NCBI GenBank assembly: GCA_965230915.1
Contig: OZ246395.1
Location: 792,935 to 856,934 of the forward strand
Direction: 5' to 3'
Source of the DNA: an uncultured Candidatus Saccharibacteria bacterium
Lineage (GTDB): Bacteria; Patescibacteriota; WWE3; 2-01-FULL-39-13
DNA: 64,000 nucleotides
Under the pieces are notes generated by a model. That model made no database searches and was not told where the DNA came from. It worked only from the letters and a program-made list of their open reading frames with translations. Position 1 is the first letter of the stretch. Each line of letters starts with the position of its first letter. The position numbers and the translations under genes were made by a program. Below, piece after piece: positions 48,454 through 57,410 of this stretch.

Positions 48454-48972
48454 TTGACTTGTGGTAGATTTCGTATCACAATTATTATAAATATGAAAAA
48501 TTTCCTGTCCAAAGTCCTGTTAGCAACTCTTGTAATTTTTTCTTTATCAGCAGGTTCTGCATTAGCAGCTTCCCTTACATTAACAAAAATCGGGTCACTA
48601 GATGTAGGTGGAAAGAAAATCTCAGGCCAATGGACATATGTATCCACAAATCCAACACTATATGGAACCGCTCCAGCTGGAGCTAGAGTTACCATCGTAA
48701 TCGACGGTACCGAAGCTCGCGAAGTAGCTGACGAAGAAGGTAATTGGCACCACTATTCAGAAAAGCTTACAAAAGGTAATCATGATATTAATATTTCCAT
48801 CGACGGCGAATCATTTGCGTTTAAGCTAAATACAGGCGGAGAAGCAGTCGAAACTACAGCTTCAGCAAATGGAGTTCCAGTTACTGGATCCTCTGATGTA
48901 TTTTTATACATGGCAATTTCTTCCGTGCTACTAATCGCAGGAGGATCACTCTTCTTACATAAAAGAAGATAA
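48454..48972 (+). CDS. Secreted protein with a sortase-like sorting signal (VPVTG, hydrophobic stretch, KRR)
   Basis: 172 aa with a signal peptide. The C-terminus is NGVPVTGSS...LLIAGGSLFLHKRR. Confidence 0.5.
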   Translation: MTCGRFRITIIINMKNFLSKVLLATLVIFSLSAGSALAASLTLTKIGSLDVGGKKISGQWTYVSTNPTLYGTAPAGARVTIVIDGTEAREVADEEGNWHHYSEKLTKGNHDINISIDGESFAFKLNTGGEAVETTASANGVPVTGSSDVFLYMAISSVLLIAGGSLFLHKRR

Positions 48973-48981
48973 TCTCAGATT

Positions 48982-49938
48982 TTAATTGGCTAATATATAT
49001 TTGTTAACTTCCCAAACTATAAATAGTGCGTAAATAGAAAGTAATACTATTCCTTCTGCTCGTGATAAGTTATTTTTCGATTTAGTAAATATAAAAAAAA
49101 GCCCCAAGCCAGTTAAGGTAAATATAAATGTTGGAATAAAATTCGTAGTAGTTAGAATTTCCCCGGTATTTAGTAATGTGAAAATTCCAAATAATAATGT
49201 ATTTGTGGCAGCGGAGCCCAAATAGTCTCCAAATGCGACTTCTTTCTTTTTAAGGATTACTGACTTTACCGCTAAAGTAAGCTCGGGCAGATTAGTTCCC
49301 AATGATAGAGCCATAAGGCTAATCAAATATGGGGAAATATCTAAAAGTTCTGCAAATATTACGGTTTTATTAACGATTATATTACTAGATATAAAAACGA
49401 GAATTATTCCCCCAATGATTCTAAAAATATCGTTAAGTGAATATGAATTTAAATTAAAAAGTTTTGTATTTCCTAGGTTTAGTATCCCTTCCCGTTTTAG
49501 AACGAAGAATATCAAAATAAAATATATACCTAAAAGTAATAGACCTTCTTCGTAAGTGACTTTTTTATCGAGTATCAAAATAGATGGAGCAAGTATTACA
49601 AAAAGGCAAAATAAGATTGTAAATTGGTCGAGATTATGATCAATTCGAATTCCATTGCCCAATGCGGCTAAAAGCGGAATTACCAACAAAAACAGCAAGA
49701 TTATTCCACCAAGTAAGTTTCCTACAAAAATTTCAGCCCTACCTTCAGCAATTGATGCTAAACCAACCGCAAATTCAGGTGTTGAAGTTAAGATTCCCAG
49801 AACAATAAACGAAACGGCGAATGATGATACTTTGATATTTTTGGATATTTTATCGATGGATTTAACAATGAGCCCTGTCCCAAGCCATATAAGGACAAAA
49901 GCAAAAATATAAATGGACAGGTCTAATATTAAGAGCAT
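48982..49938 (-). CDS. CaCA-family sodium/calcium antiporter (YrbG-like)
   Basis: 318 aa with two alpha-repeat motifs (GNGIRIDHN / GTNLPELT). Confidence 0.8.
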   Translation of the reverse strand: MLLILDLSIYIFAFVLIWLGTGLIVKSIDKISKNIKVSSFAVSFIVLGILTSTPEFAVGLASIAEGRAEIFVGNLLGGIILLFLLVIPLLAALGNGIRIDHNLDQFTILFCLFVILAPSILILDKKVTYEEGLLLLGIYFILIFFVLKREGILNLGNTKLFNLNSYSLNDIFRIIGGIILVFISSNIIVNKTVIFAELLDISPYLISLMALSLGTNLPELTLAVKSVILKKKEVAFGDYLGSAATNTLLFGIFTLLNTGEILTTTNFIPTFIFTLTGLGLFFIFTKSKNNLSRAEGIVLLSIYALFIVWEVNKYILAN

Positions 49939-50039
49939 TATATAAATTATAACTGGAAAAATTTATTTAGGGAGTAAAAATTTGCTAGCAGGAAAACTGG
50001 ATAGAAAGAAACACTTTCCAGTTTTCCTGCTACTGCGGG

Positions 50040-50225
50040 TTAGGTTGCCTTACCGGCCTTAGCTGTAGCTAACGGATACCAAATATCCCCGGTAGGACCT
50101 CTGCCCCATCTGGAGTTAAGAACATACGGGCCTTGGGCAGCTTGTGCCACAGGCTTATCCCTTGCTTCCTTTGCCTCATCAGACACATTCCGATCACTGT
50201 CTTTTCCATTTGTCGCCGTTGACAC
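50040..50225 (-). CDS. Small basic protein (about 61 aa, GTG start after AAGGAGA) in a high-GC patch
   Basis: I chose the GTG start from the SD position. The region looks GC-richer than its flanks by eye. Confidence 0.25.
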   Translation of the reverse strand: MSTATNGKDSDRNVSDEAKEARDKPVAQAAQGPYVLNSRWGRGPTGDIWYPLATAKAGKAT

Positions 50226-50321
50226 TTGTTTCTCTCCTTCGAGAATTGATCGACTCAAACCCACTGGTTTAAGTTTGTATATTTTAGCACAATTAAATAC
50301 CTCCGCCACACCATACTATAG

Positions 50322-50349
50322 GTTGACATCCTGGGTTTTTGTCTTATAC
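50322..50349 (+). promoter_or_regulatory. Promoter TTGACA-16-TATACT preceded by CATACTATAGG
   Basis: Seen in the sequence. It drives the small ORF at 50377. Confidence 0.5.
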
Positions 50350-50376
50350 TTATGCGCAATTGGATTGGGACGGAAA

Positions 50377-50574
50377 GGAATGACCATGAACGCCTTGCTT
50401 CGTTTGCTTGGGAAACCTCAGACGGATAAAGTAGGCAATGAATTTCCGTACCATATTATCGACCACCAAGGCCAGACCTGCGTGGTCAACTCAAAAACGG
50501 GCGAAATATTAAGGCCAAAAAAAGGCGAATCGCTAAACGAACTAATTGCCCGTTTTGAAGCCAAGACAAAATAG
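50377..50574 (+). CDS. Small 65-aa protein (MTMNALLRLLGKPQ...)
   Basis: Internal Met of ORF 50275..50574. It lies downstream of the promoter. Confidence 0.3.
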   Translation, partial: GMTMNALLRLLGKPQTDKVGNEFPYHIIDHQGQTCVVNSKTGEILRPKKGESLNELIARFEAKTK

Positions 50575-50676
50575 ACGGAACCTATCCTGTTCCCCCATTT
50601 GTCCCAATCCAAGGCTTCTTTAAAACAACAAGGCCTATAATCTTTTTAAACTTTTTTGTATAATTCTCAATAATAA

Positions 50677-51975
50677 ATGGGCAATATCAACAAAAACCAA
50701 CTGATTACAATTTCTAACAAAATTCTAAAAAACGATCCTATAAATCCGGAAGAAATTTCAGATATTTTAAATTTCGAGTTAAGTGAAAAAGACAGCTCAT
50801 TTATTTCATTTTTAAAAAGATATGCAGTACCCCTATCTTTAACTGCCGGAGCAATTATTGCGATTTTTCACCCCGAATTTGAAGTTGTTACAACAAACTT
50901 GCCGGAATGGACCAACCTTCACCCTAGGCTTCAGGATGGGCTAAATTATTTATGGAGCATAATTGGTGACCCGGTTGAAGAAAATAATATTTTATACCAT
51001 CTGCCTAATGTATTTTTATACGGATTCGGAATTCTTGGAATTAAAACCCTTGTAGACAAGATAAACCACAAAACCTGGATCGAAAAAATTCTAAAAGCTC
51101 AAACAATACTTCAAGAAAATATTTCGTATGGGAATTTAAAACTCAATATGAAAAAAGGGCACTCACTTTTATTTATTGGGAATGGTGACTTTATCGGTGC
51201 ACAATTTGCAATGGATAACCTAAAAAATACAATTACAATTTCGTCAATAAAACCAAGATATACAAATATCTGGAATAAATATGATATCGCAACTCAATAC
51301 GAAGAATTAAAAGCAACAATAGAAAGATGTGATATTGAAAGTGTAGGCGAATATATTTTCTTTCCGGTTAAAGATGATCAGGTATTTTTGCCAAATGAAA
51401 CAGCATATGATTTGTCTCCACATAAACTTGATATTATTTGTCAAAATATTCGGAATATAGAAAAAGATTTTAGTCTTACAGAACGACGAATAATTATAAT
51501 CGGAGACAAATTTCATAAAAGTCTAGTTCAATCAGAAGACCAAGAAAATGAAATTGAAAATAGCCAAGATATTATTTCATTAGAATCAATCAGCAAAAGA
51601 TATAAGAATATTACACTGCTTGACCCTTCTGATATCGCATTAGAAAAGATAATCAAACTGGCAAACGGAAGAAAAATTATATTTCGTGCAACAAAAGATG
51701 GAATTAAGGAATACAAAAGAAGATTTTACGATCGCTTACACGAGCTAGGTTACAAACAGAATGCATCAAAAAAAGGAATTTTAACGATCGGTTACGATTT
51801 ATTTGAAGACCAAACCGAACAACAGACATTAAGTCACAAAGATGATTACCTTCCCGTAGTACTTTCTAAAGATGTAAAAGATGGGCTTATAAGAAATGGA
51901 TATAAAAATGAAGAATTCTTGTATGTCCCCGAAGTTGTTTTAGAAAAACTCTCCCAAATAGCCGACGAACAATAA
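50677..51975 (+). CDS. Hypothetical 432-aa soluble protein
   Basis: Long ORF with native composition. No family recognised. Confidence 0.45.
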   Translation: MGNINKNQLITISNKILKNDPINPEEISDILNFELSEKDSSFISFLKRYAVPLSLTAGAIIAIFHPEFEVVTTNLPEWTNLHPRLQDGLNYLWSIIGDPVEENNILYHLPNVFLYGFGILGIKTLVDKINHKTWIEKILKAQTILQENISYGNLKLNMKKGHSLLFIGNGDFIGAQFAMDNLKNTITISSIKPRYTNIWNKYDIATQYEELKATIERCDIESVGEYIFFPVKDDQVFLPNETAYDLSPHKLDIICQNIRNIEKDFSLTERRIIIIGDKFHKSLVQSEDQENEIENSQDIISLESISKRYKNITLLDPSDIALEKIIKLANGRKIIFRATKDGIKEYKRRFYDRLHELGYKQNASKKGILTIGYDLFEDQTEQQTLSHKDDYLPVVLSKDVKDGLIRNGYKNEEFLYVPEVVLEKLSQIADEQ

Positions 51976-51981
51976 AAGGAG

Positions 51982-52027
51982 AGGCAGGTAAGGTTTCTTT
52001 TTTTGGAAGAAATGATCTTACCTGCCT
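51982..52027 (+). terminator. Terminator AGGCAGGTAAG...CTTACCTGCCT
   Basis: Seen directly after the 50677 gene. Confidence 0.6.
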
Positions 52028-52176
52028 TTCTACATACGGGAATCATAACGGCTACCGATCGGAATCTGGCTTGTTGTAAAGCATCTTGGATCTCCTTTGC
52101 GTTAAAGGACCGAACGTTTGCGGCGATGTATGCGCGTACAAATCGGATTATACAAAAATAGGGATATAATGCAAAC

Positions 52177-52869
52177 ATGTGGAAAAAATTTGTCTACGAC
52201 GACATAACATCAGAATTAATCACAAAATTTAATCACGAACAGAAGGCTCTCCAAAAAAATATAATTCTTAAAAAGCCTGATCATTCGCCTAAAATTATCG
52301 CTGGCTGCGATAGTGCATTTTTAGAAGACTATATAATTTCTATTTTTGTAATGTTCGAATACCCTTCTCTTAAAGAAGTTGAAATTAAATTTCACTACTC
52401 GAAAGTGGAATTTCCATATATTCCAGGATACCTATCCTTTCGCGAACTTCCCAATTTAATAGAGACTTACAAAAAAATAGAAAATAAACCTGATTTGGTA
52501 ATGGTCGATGGAAATGGAATTATGCATCCACGAAGACTTGGCATTGCAACTCATTTAGGAATTACACTAAATGTTCCAACTTTCGGCGTTGCAAAAAATA
52601 AATTATTTGGAAAATGTGAAATACCAAACGAAATAAAAGGTTCGTATACATTTGTGAAAGATAAAGATGAGATTATTGGCCTTGCCCTAAGATCAAAAGA
52701 TAAAGTAAAACCAATTTATATTTCACCCGGACATTTATGCGATTTAGAAACTTCATTAGAAATAACTATGGAAACTTTAAGAAAGTATAAATTACCAGAA
52801 CCTACAAGAATTGCTGATAAGTATTCAAAAGAATACAAAAAGTTTATTGACTCAAAAAAATTTGATTAG
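52177..52869 (+). CDS. nfi: Endonuclease V
   Basis: 230 aa with DGNGIMHPRRLGIATHLGI and PTFGVAKN motifs. A TATAAT box lies 6 nt before the ATG, so the transcript may be leaderless. Confidence 0.85.
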   Translation: MWKKFVYDDITSELITKFNHEQKALQKNIILKKPDHSPKIIAGCDSAFLEDYIISIFVMFEYPSLKEVEIKFHYSKVEFPYIPGYLSFRELPNLIETYKKIENKPDLVMVDGNGIMHPRRLGIATHLGITLNVPTFGVAKNKLFGKCEIPNEIKGSYTFVKDKDEIIGLALRSKDKVKPIYISPGHLCDLETSLEITMETLRKYKLPEPTRIADKYSKEYKKFIDSKKFD

Positions 52870-52975
52870 TTTATTTGAAACAATAAAAATAAAAACCGAC
52901 GCTTTCTTTTTTGTGTTAACCAGTAAACTGGTAAGAAAGCGCCGGGGACTTCTTGTCGCGGCATAGAAGCTAGGC

Positions 52976-53359
52976 TTATTCCCTGATTTCTTTTTGCAGC
53001 CAAAAAGCCAATCGGGTAATGCTATCACGCACTCCTGATAACAGATTGAAAGTGACCGATCTTGTCACTAGCCTAGGCAGAAAAATGCCGGCAAATGGCA
53101 CGATGCTAAACATTATCAGCAGACCGCTGATTATCACCCCAAACCCTTGCATTCTGCTTACGTTAGGCAAACCGAAGTTCACCGTAACATCGTAAATGCG
53201 CTCATATATTTCATACGAATTAAGCGTATAAATTTTGCAAGCGACCCATACGGCAGCAGCCAAACCAGTCATGTAAAACCATGTGGCAAAGTATAAAAAC
53301 CTCACCTTTACCATCCAATTGTGCCGAAAAACCGCATAAAACATAGTAAAGCTAAGCAT
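52976..53359 (-). CDS. Small 4-TM membrane protein
   Basis: 127 aa hydrophobic ORF. Confidence 0.4.
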   Translation of the reverse strand: MLSFTMFYAVFRHNWMVKVRFLYFATWFYMTGLAAAVWVACKIYTLNSYEIYERIYDVTVNFGLPNVSRMQGFGVIISGLLIMFSIVPFAGIFLPRLVTRSVTFNLLSGVRDSITRLAFWLQKEIRE

Positions 53360-53449
53360 TCCTACTCACTTTCTATTACATGATTTGAATTGATTGGTGG
53401 GCAGATTATACATTATATTGGGGTAAATTCAAAACTATGGGATGTGGGG

Positions 53450-54892
53450 TTATATTTCTCTTAATGTTCCGTCTATCAAATTCACAACCTTAGTCATACC
53501 TACTCTTTCAACAAAAAAGCGGTCATGTGAAACCAAGAAAAGGGTGCCTTTAAAATTGCGCAAACTTTCTTCGATAACTTCAGTTGTATCGATATCTAAG
53601 TGGTTTGTAGGCTCGTCTAAAATTAATAGATCGTAATCGTTGTAAGCAAAGATTGCGAAAGCATATCGTGCACGCTGTCCAGGGCTCAAAAACTTAATCG
53701 GACGAGCGAGGTCATCTTTGGTAAACATATATTTTCGTAAAAAGCCAAATGCTTTATCGTAATCGCTACCGGTAGCTTCTAAAAAGTTATTTAAAAGATT
53801 TTTGTTAGAATCGAGAGCATGCTGAGTTTGCGCAAAATATCCGACTTTGATATTTGCGCCTAAAGTTATTTGACCCGCCGTAATTGGAACTTCCTGCATG
53901 ATCAGTTTAACCATAGTAGATTTACCTGCACCGTTTGGTCCAAATAACCAAACTTTTTCTCCGCCGCGAACTTCGAATGATAAATTTCTGAAAACTTCTT
54001 TTTTACCATAAGATTTCGAAACATTATCAAAGCGAATCATTAATTTATGTTCACTTACTTTTGTATCGAAATTAACCTTTACCATTTTCTTATTTACGTA
54101 TTTTTCTTTGGCAACAGAAGTAACTTCACGATCCATACGTTTTTTGGCGCTACTTATAGCTCGACCACGCTTTTTTCCATCTTTAATTTTGTGGACATTT
54201 TCGATTAATTTTTCGAGTTGTGCCTTTTTCTTTAAAAACTCAATATATTCCTGATTCCATTTGCCGATTAATTTTAATTTTTCTTCGCGGTAATAATCGT
54301 AATTGCCGACAAATCGAATCAATTTTTTATTTTCGATTTCCCAAATTTCATCGACGGTATTATTTAAAAATTCGCGGTCATGTGAAATCATTACAACAGT
54401 TTTTGGAAGATGCTTAATATATTTTTCAAACCACAAAATTCCCTCTATATCTAAATGGTTTGTCGGCTCGTCTATTAACAGGATTGTCGGCTCTTGCAAT
54501 AAAACTTCGATCAACTTCAGTTTCATTTTTTGCCCTTCACTCATAGTTTTAATTTCCTGATATGGATCGTAGTTATCAAATTTTAATTGATTTATTAAAA
54601 TTTCGGCCCGGTACATTTCCCAGTCATTGTCTAGAAGTGATTCGACAAATTCTCCGGCCATTACATTTGGAAAAGAAAATTCTTGAGGAATATAACCAAT
54701 AGTTTCATCTTCGACGACAATTAAGCCGGATGTAATTTCTTCTTGCTGGGCGATTAACTTGAGCAAGGTGGTTTTACCGCAACCATTGCGGCCAACAATT
54801 CCGATTTTTTTGTTCTCACCCATGGTGAACTCGAGCCCGTCTAAGACGGGCTCTCCTATGTATGTTTTGACGATTTTTCGTCCAGATATCAT
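53450..54892 (-). CDS. ABC-F family ATPase (two tandem NBDs, no TMD)
   Basis: Two Walker A motifs (GRNGCGKTT, GPNGAGKST) and two ABC signatures (LSEGQKMKL, LSPGQRARY). Confidence 0.8.
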   Translation of the reverse strand: MISGRKIVKTYIGEPVLDGLEFTMGENKKIGIVGRNGCGKTTLLKLIAQQEEITSGLIVVEDETIGYIPQEFSFPNVMAGEFVESLLDNDWEMYRAEILINQLKFDNYDPYQEIKTMSEGQKMKLKLIEVLLQEPTILLIDEPTNHLDIEGILWFEKYIKHLPKTVVMISHDREFLNNTVDEIWEIENKKLIRFVGNYDYYREEKLKLIGKWNQEYIEFLKKKAQLEKLIENVHKIKDGKKRGRAISSAKKRMDREVTSVAKEKYVNKKMVKVNFDTKVSEHKLMIRFDNVSKSYGKKEVFRNLSFEVRGGEKVWLFGPNGAGKSTMVKLIMQEVPITAGQITLGANIKVGYFAQTQHALDSNKNLLNNFLEATGSDYDKAFGFLRKYMFTKDDLARPIKFLSPGQRARYAFAIFAYNDYDLLILDEPTNHLDIDTTEVIEESLRNFKGTLFLVSHDRFFVERVGMTKVVNLIDGTLREI

Positions 54893-54930
54893 TCCGCCTA
54901 TTATATATCAGGCGCAATATCAATGGAATT

Positions 54931-55335
54931 TTATACTTCGGGTTCGTTGGAGACGATCGCTATCAGTTTTACAATTCCCCAAGCTATAAGTGGATACACC
55001 AATAGAGCTACCAAAGTAGATGGCTCTAAAATAGAGGTTGTTTCAACACCTTGTGTTGTTGCAGTGCGAAATATTCCTGCGAATGGCAACATAAAGGGAT
55101 ATGTTAATGAATAGATCAAGCTAACAAATCCACTTGCAGGATTTGCTCCGACTAATTTAAATAGAAATCGGAAAATTAGCATAAACTCCAATACTCCAAA
55201 AATGAAATAAATTAAATTTTGGAGAGAATAAGAACTTTTTACATTTGTTTTTGTTGTTTGGTTAACAACTCTCTCGTGTGTTGGTGCTACATCACTACTT
55301 ACTGAAGTGACGGTTTGTTTTTGTACTTCTGCCAT
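54931..55335 (-). CDS. YggT/Ycf19-family membrane protein
   Basis: 134 aa. The segment FRFLFKLVGANPASGFVSLIYSLTYPFMLPF resembles the YggT core. Confidence 0.45.
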   Translation of the reverse strand: MAEVQKQTVTSVSSDVAPTHERVVNQTTKTNVKSSYSLQNLIYFIFGVLEFMLIFRFLFKLVGANPASGFVSLIYSLTYPFMLPFAGIFRTATTQGVETTSILEPSTLVALLVYPLIAWGIVKLIAIVSNEPEV

Positions 55336-55399
55336 ATTTGTTCTTTTGCATTAGCAAAGCTAGTGATTTTATATAAAGTCGCGTCAAAAATTAATTAAA

Positions 55400-55717
55400 C
55401 TAATCGTCTGTTTTCATTTTTATTGTTTCTTCTATTTCGTGGTCTATATCTGACATATTCGAATCAAGCTTTTCTATATCACCTTTTGTATTATTTTCAT
55501 CTGCTTGAAGCTGTTTATCTTTAGAATTTAAATCATCAAGTATGGCTTGCGATGTTCTAATTTGATCATTAATTGTACTTCTGCTTGATTGAATTTGCTC
55601 GAAATCCTTGGAAAGCTTTGACCTTTGTGTGTAAAGATCAGATTTTCTTTCTTCGAGTTCTGCAAGCTTTGTATCCTTTTCTGCTCTTGTCATGAGTATA
55701 TTGTGGCTTAAAACCAA
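55400..55717 (-). CDS. Coiled-coil protein
   Basis: 105 aa with a heptad-like charged repeat. Confidence 0.35.
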   Translation of the reverse strand: MVLSHNILMTRAEKDTKLAELEERKSDLYTQRSKLSKDFEQIQSSRSTINDQIRTSQAILDDLNSKDKQLQADENNTKGDIEKLDSNMSDIDHEIEETIKMKTDD

Positions 55718-55798
55718 TAAAATTCAGTTAAAAATTTGTAAGAAGGGTGTAAGAGAAAAGAGGCTAGATTAAACTAGCCTCTACGAATTTCTAAAAAA

Positions 55799-56161
55799 TT
55801 AGCTTTCTTTCCAGGGGGTCATTAGTTGGAAATAATTTCCATCTAGGTCAGCAAAGGTTGCGATCCACATGTCATTTCCCATTTCATAAGGTTCCTTAAC
55901 GACAGTCGCGCCAGCGGACTTAATTCTTTCGAATTCACCTTTAACATCATCAGTATCTAAATTAAACATTATTCGACCTGGTTCTTTTGCCATTCCATTT
56001 ACTTCTGAATGTCGCATTATTCCAAGGAATGTGTTTCCAACCATCCAACCTTTCGAATCGCCGTCAGACATAGTTGGCTCAACATTCACAACTTTTTGAT
56101 AAAACTCCCCCAGTTCTTTTGGCTGACTTGTTCCGATTACAATTGAACTTAGATTTAACAT
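55799..56161 (-). CDS. VOC (glyoxalase/bleomycin-resistance) family protein
   Basis: 120 aa with a single beta-alpha-beta-beta-beta module pattern. Confidence 0.6.
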   Translation of the reverse strand: MLNLSSIVIGTSQPKELGEFYQKVVNVEPTMSDGDSKGWMVGNTFLGIMRHSEVNGMAKEPGRIMFNLDTDDVKGEFERIKSAGATVVKEPYEMGNDMWIATFADLDGNYFQLMTPWKES

Positions 56162-56183
56162 ATTATTTTTCCTTATAAATTAT

Positions 56184-56600
56184 TTAACTTGAACTAATAT
56201 TAAACATCCAATGGATTCCATATTTATCTTTAAGCATTCCAAATTTATCGCCCCATGGAGCTGGCGCCAGTTGAACGTAAACTTCTCCGCCTTCTGAAAG
56301 TTTATTATAAATTCCAGTAATTTTTTCTGAGTCGTCTCCAGCGATGCTCAATTTTACGTTGTCACCAACTATTGGAGGATTGGCAGGCATAGGGTTGTGA
56401 TCCATTTCGTCGCTAGCCATGAATGATAGAGTTCCATTCTCTAACGAAGCATGCATAACCTTGTCAGGGGCATCTTGATATGGAGTTGTTTTGAGTTCTC
56501 CTCCCATAACTGACTTGTAAAATTCCATGGCTTCTTTGCAATTACCATTGAACATAAGGTAGGGTGATAGTACTGATGTCATATGTCCCGAGTATAGCAC
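56184..56600 (-). CDS. PhnB-like VOC family protein
   Basis: 138 aa with the motif SPYLMFNGNCKEAMEFY. Confidence 0.65.
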   Translation of the reverse strand: MLYSGHMTSVLSPYLMFNGNCKEAMEFYKSVMGGELKTTPYQDAPDKVMHASLENGTLSFMASDEMDHNPMPANPPIVGDNVKLSIAGDDSEKITGIYNKLSEGGEVYVQLAPAPWGDKFGMLKDKYGIHWMFNISSS

Positions 56601-56623
56601 CTAAATTCTATTGGATAATGGAC

Positions 56624-57316
56624 CTATTGAATGAATTGATGGTTTTTTACTTTAGCAGTAATTCTTGAATCAATAGATGGAGCATCTCCAGGTTCTGCAC
56701 CTTCAGCCAATTTTACAATTTCCGCAACTACAAGATAGTCTGCACCGGTGTCACCGGGATCCTTAACTCCTACCTGCCTTACATTAACCCCATTACCTAA
56801 CATTAAGGCATCTTTTTGTGTAAGATTTCCGTCTTTATACTGGAACAATAGTACATAAGTACTTCTCAACCCGTTTTGATCCGAAACATTTAATATACCT
56901 AATAAGTCCTTTCCATCACCGGTTTCACGCTCGGCATAATACGAATTGGAAAGATAAACTCCTGCAGATTCACCGCCTTCGACCGGGAACCCATTGACCA
57001 AAGTTATATTTACATCATCCTGACCAGGAATCCAAATAGTTGCATTTGGGAGCTGAGCTATTGCAAGTTCTGACCCTGTTGAATACCCATTCTCACCTAC
57101 GACGCTTAAGTCGGGAGCGACATTTTCGTTATCAGTAATCTCTTCAGTTATAGCTTTACTATACTGACTCATTTGATTATTTGCATTTTGGTTAGGCATG
57201 CCTAGGTAGTTTTGAAAAGGAAGATTTGGAATATTTCCCTGCATTTTTTGATATGCCAGGAAACCACTAAAAACTATCACGATCAGAATAATCCATAGGG
57301 TGAGTTTTTTATTCAT
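56624..57316 (-). CDS. N-terminally anchored extracytoplasmic protein
   Basis: 230 aa with one TM segment. Confidence 0.45.
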   Translation of the reverse strand: MNKKLTLWIILIVIVFSGFLAYQKMQGNIPNLPFQNYLGMPNQNANNQMSQYSKAITEEITDNENVAPDLSVVGENGYSTGSELAIAQLPNATIWIPGQDDVNITLVNGFPVEGGESAGVYLSNSYYAERETGDGKDLLGILNVSDQNGLRSTYVLLFQYKDGNLTQKDALMLGNGVNVRQVGVKDPGDTGADYLVVAEIVKLAEGAEPGDAPSIDSRITAKVKNHQFIQ

Positions 57317-57363
57317 AAATTTATGCTATCTCATATAGATTCTCTTGACAATACTAGGTAGCT

Positions 57364-57391
57364 TGACTTTAGATTTGCACACTCTATGATC
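57364..57391 (+). promoter_or_regulatory. Promoter TTGACT-16-TATGAT
   Basis: Seen 20 nt upstream of the 57411 ATG. Confidence 0.5.
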
Positions 57392-57410
57392 AATCTAATA
57401 TTTAATTCCC

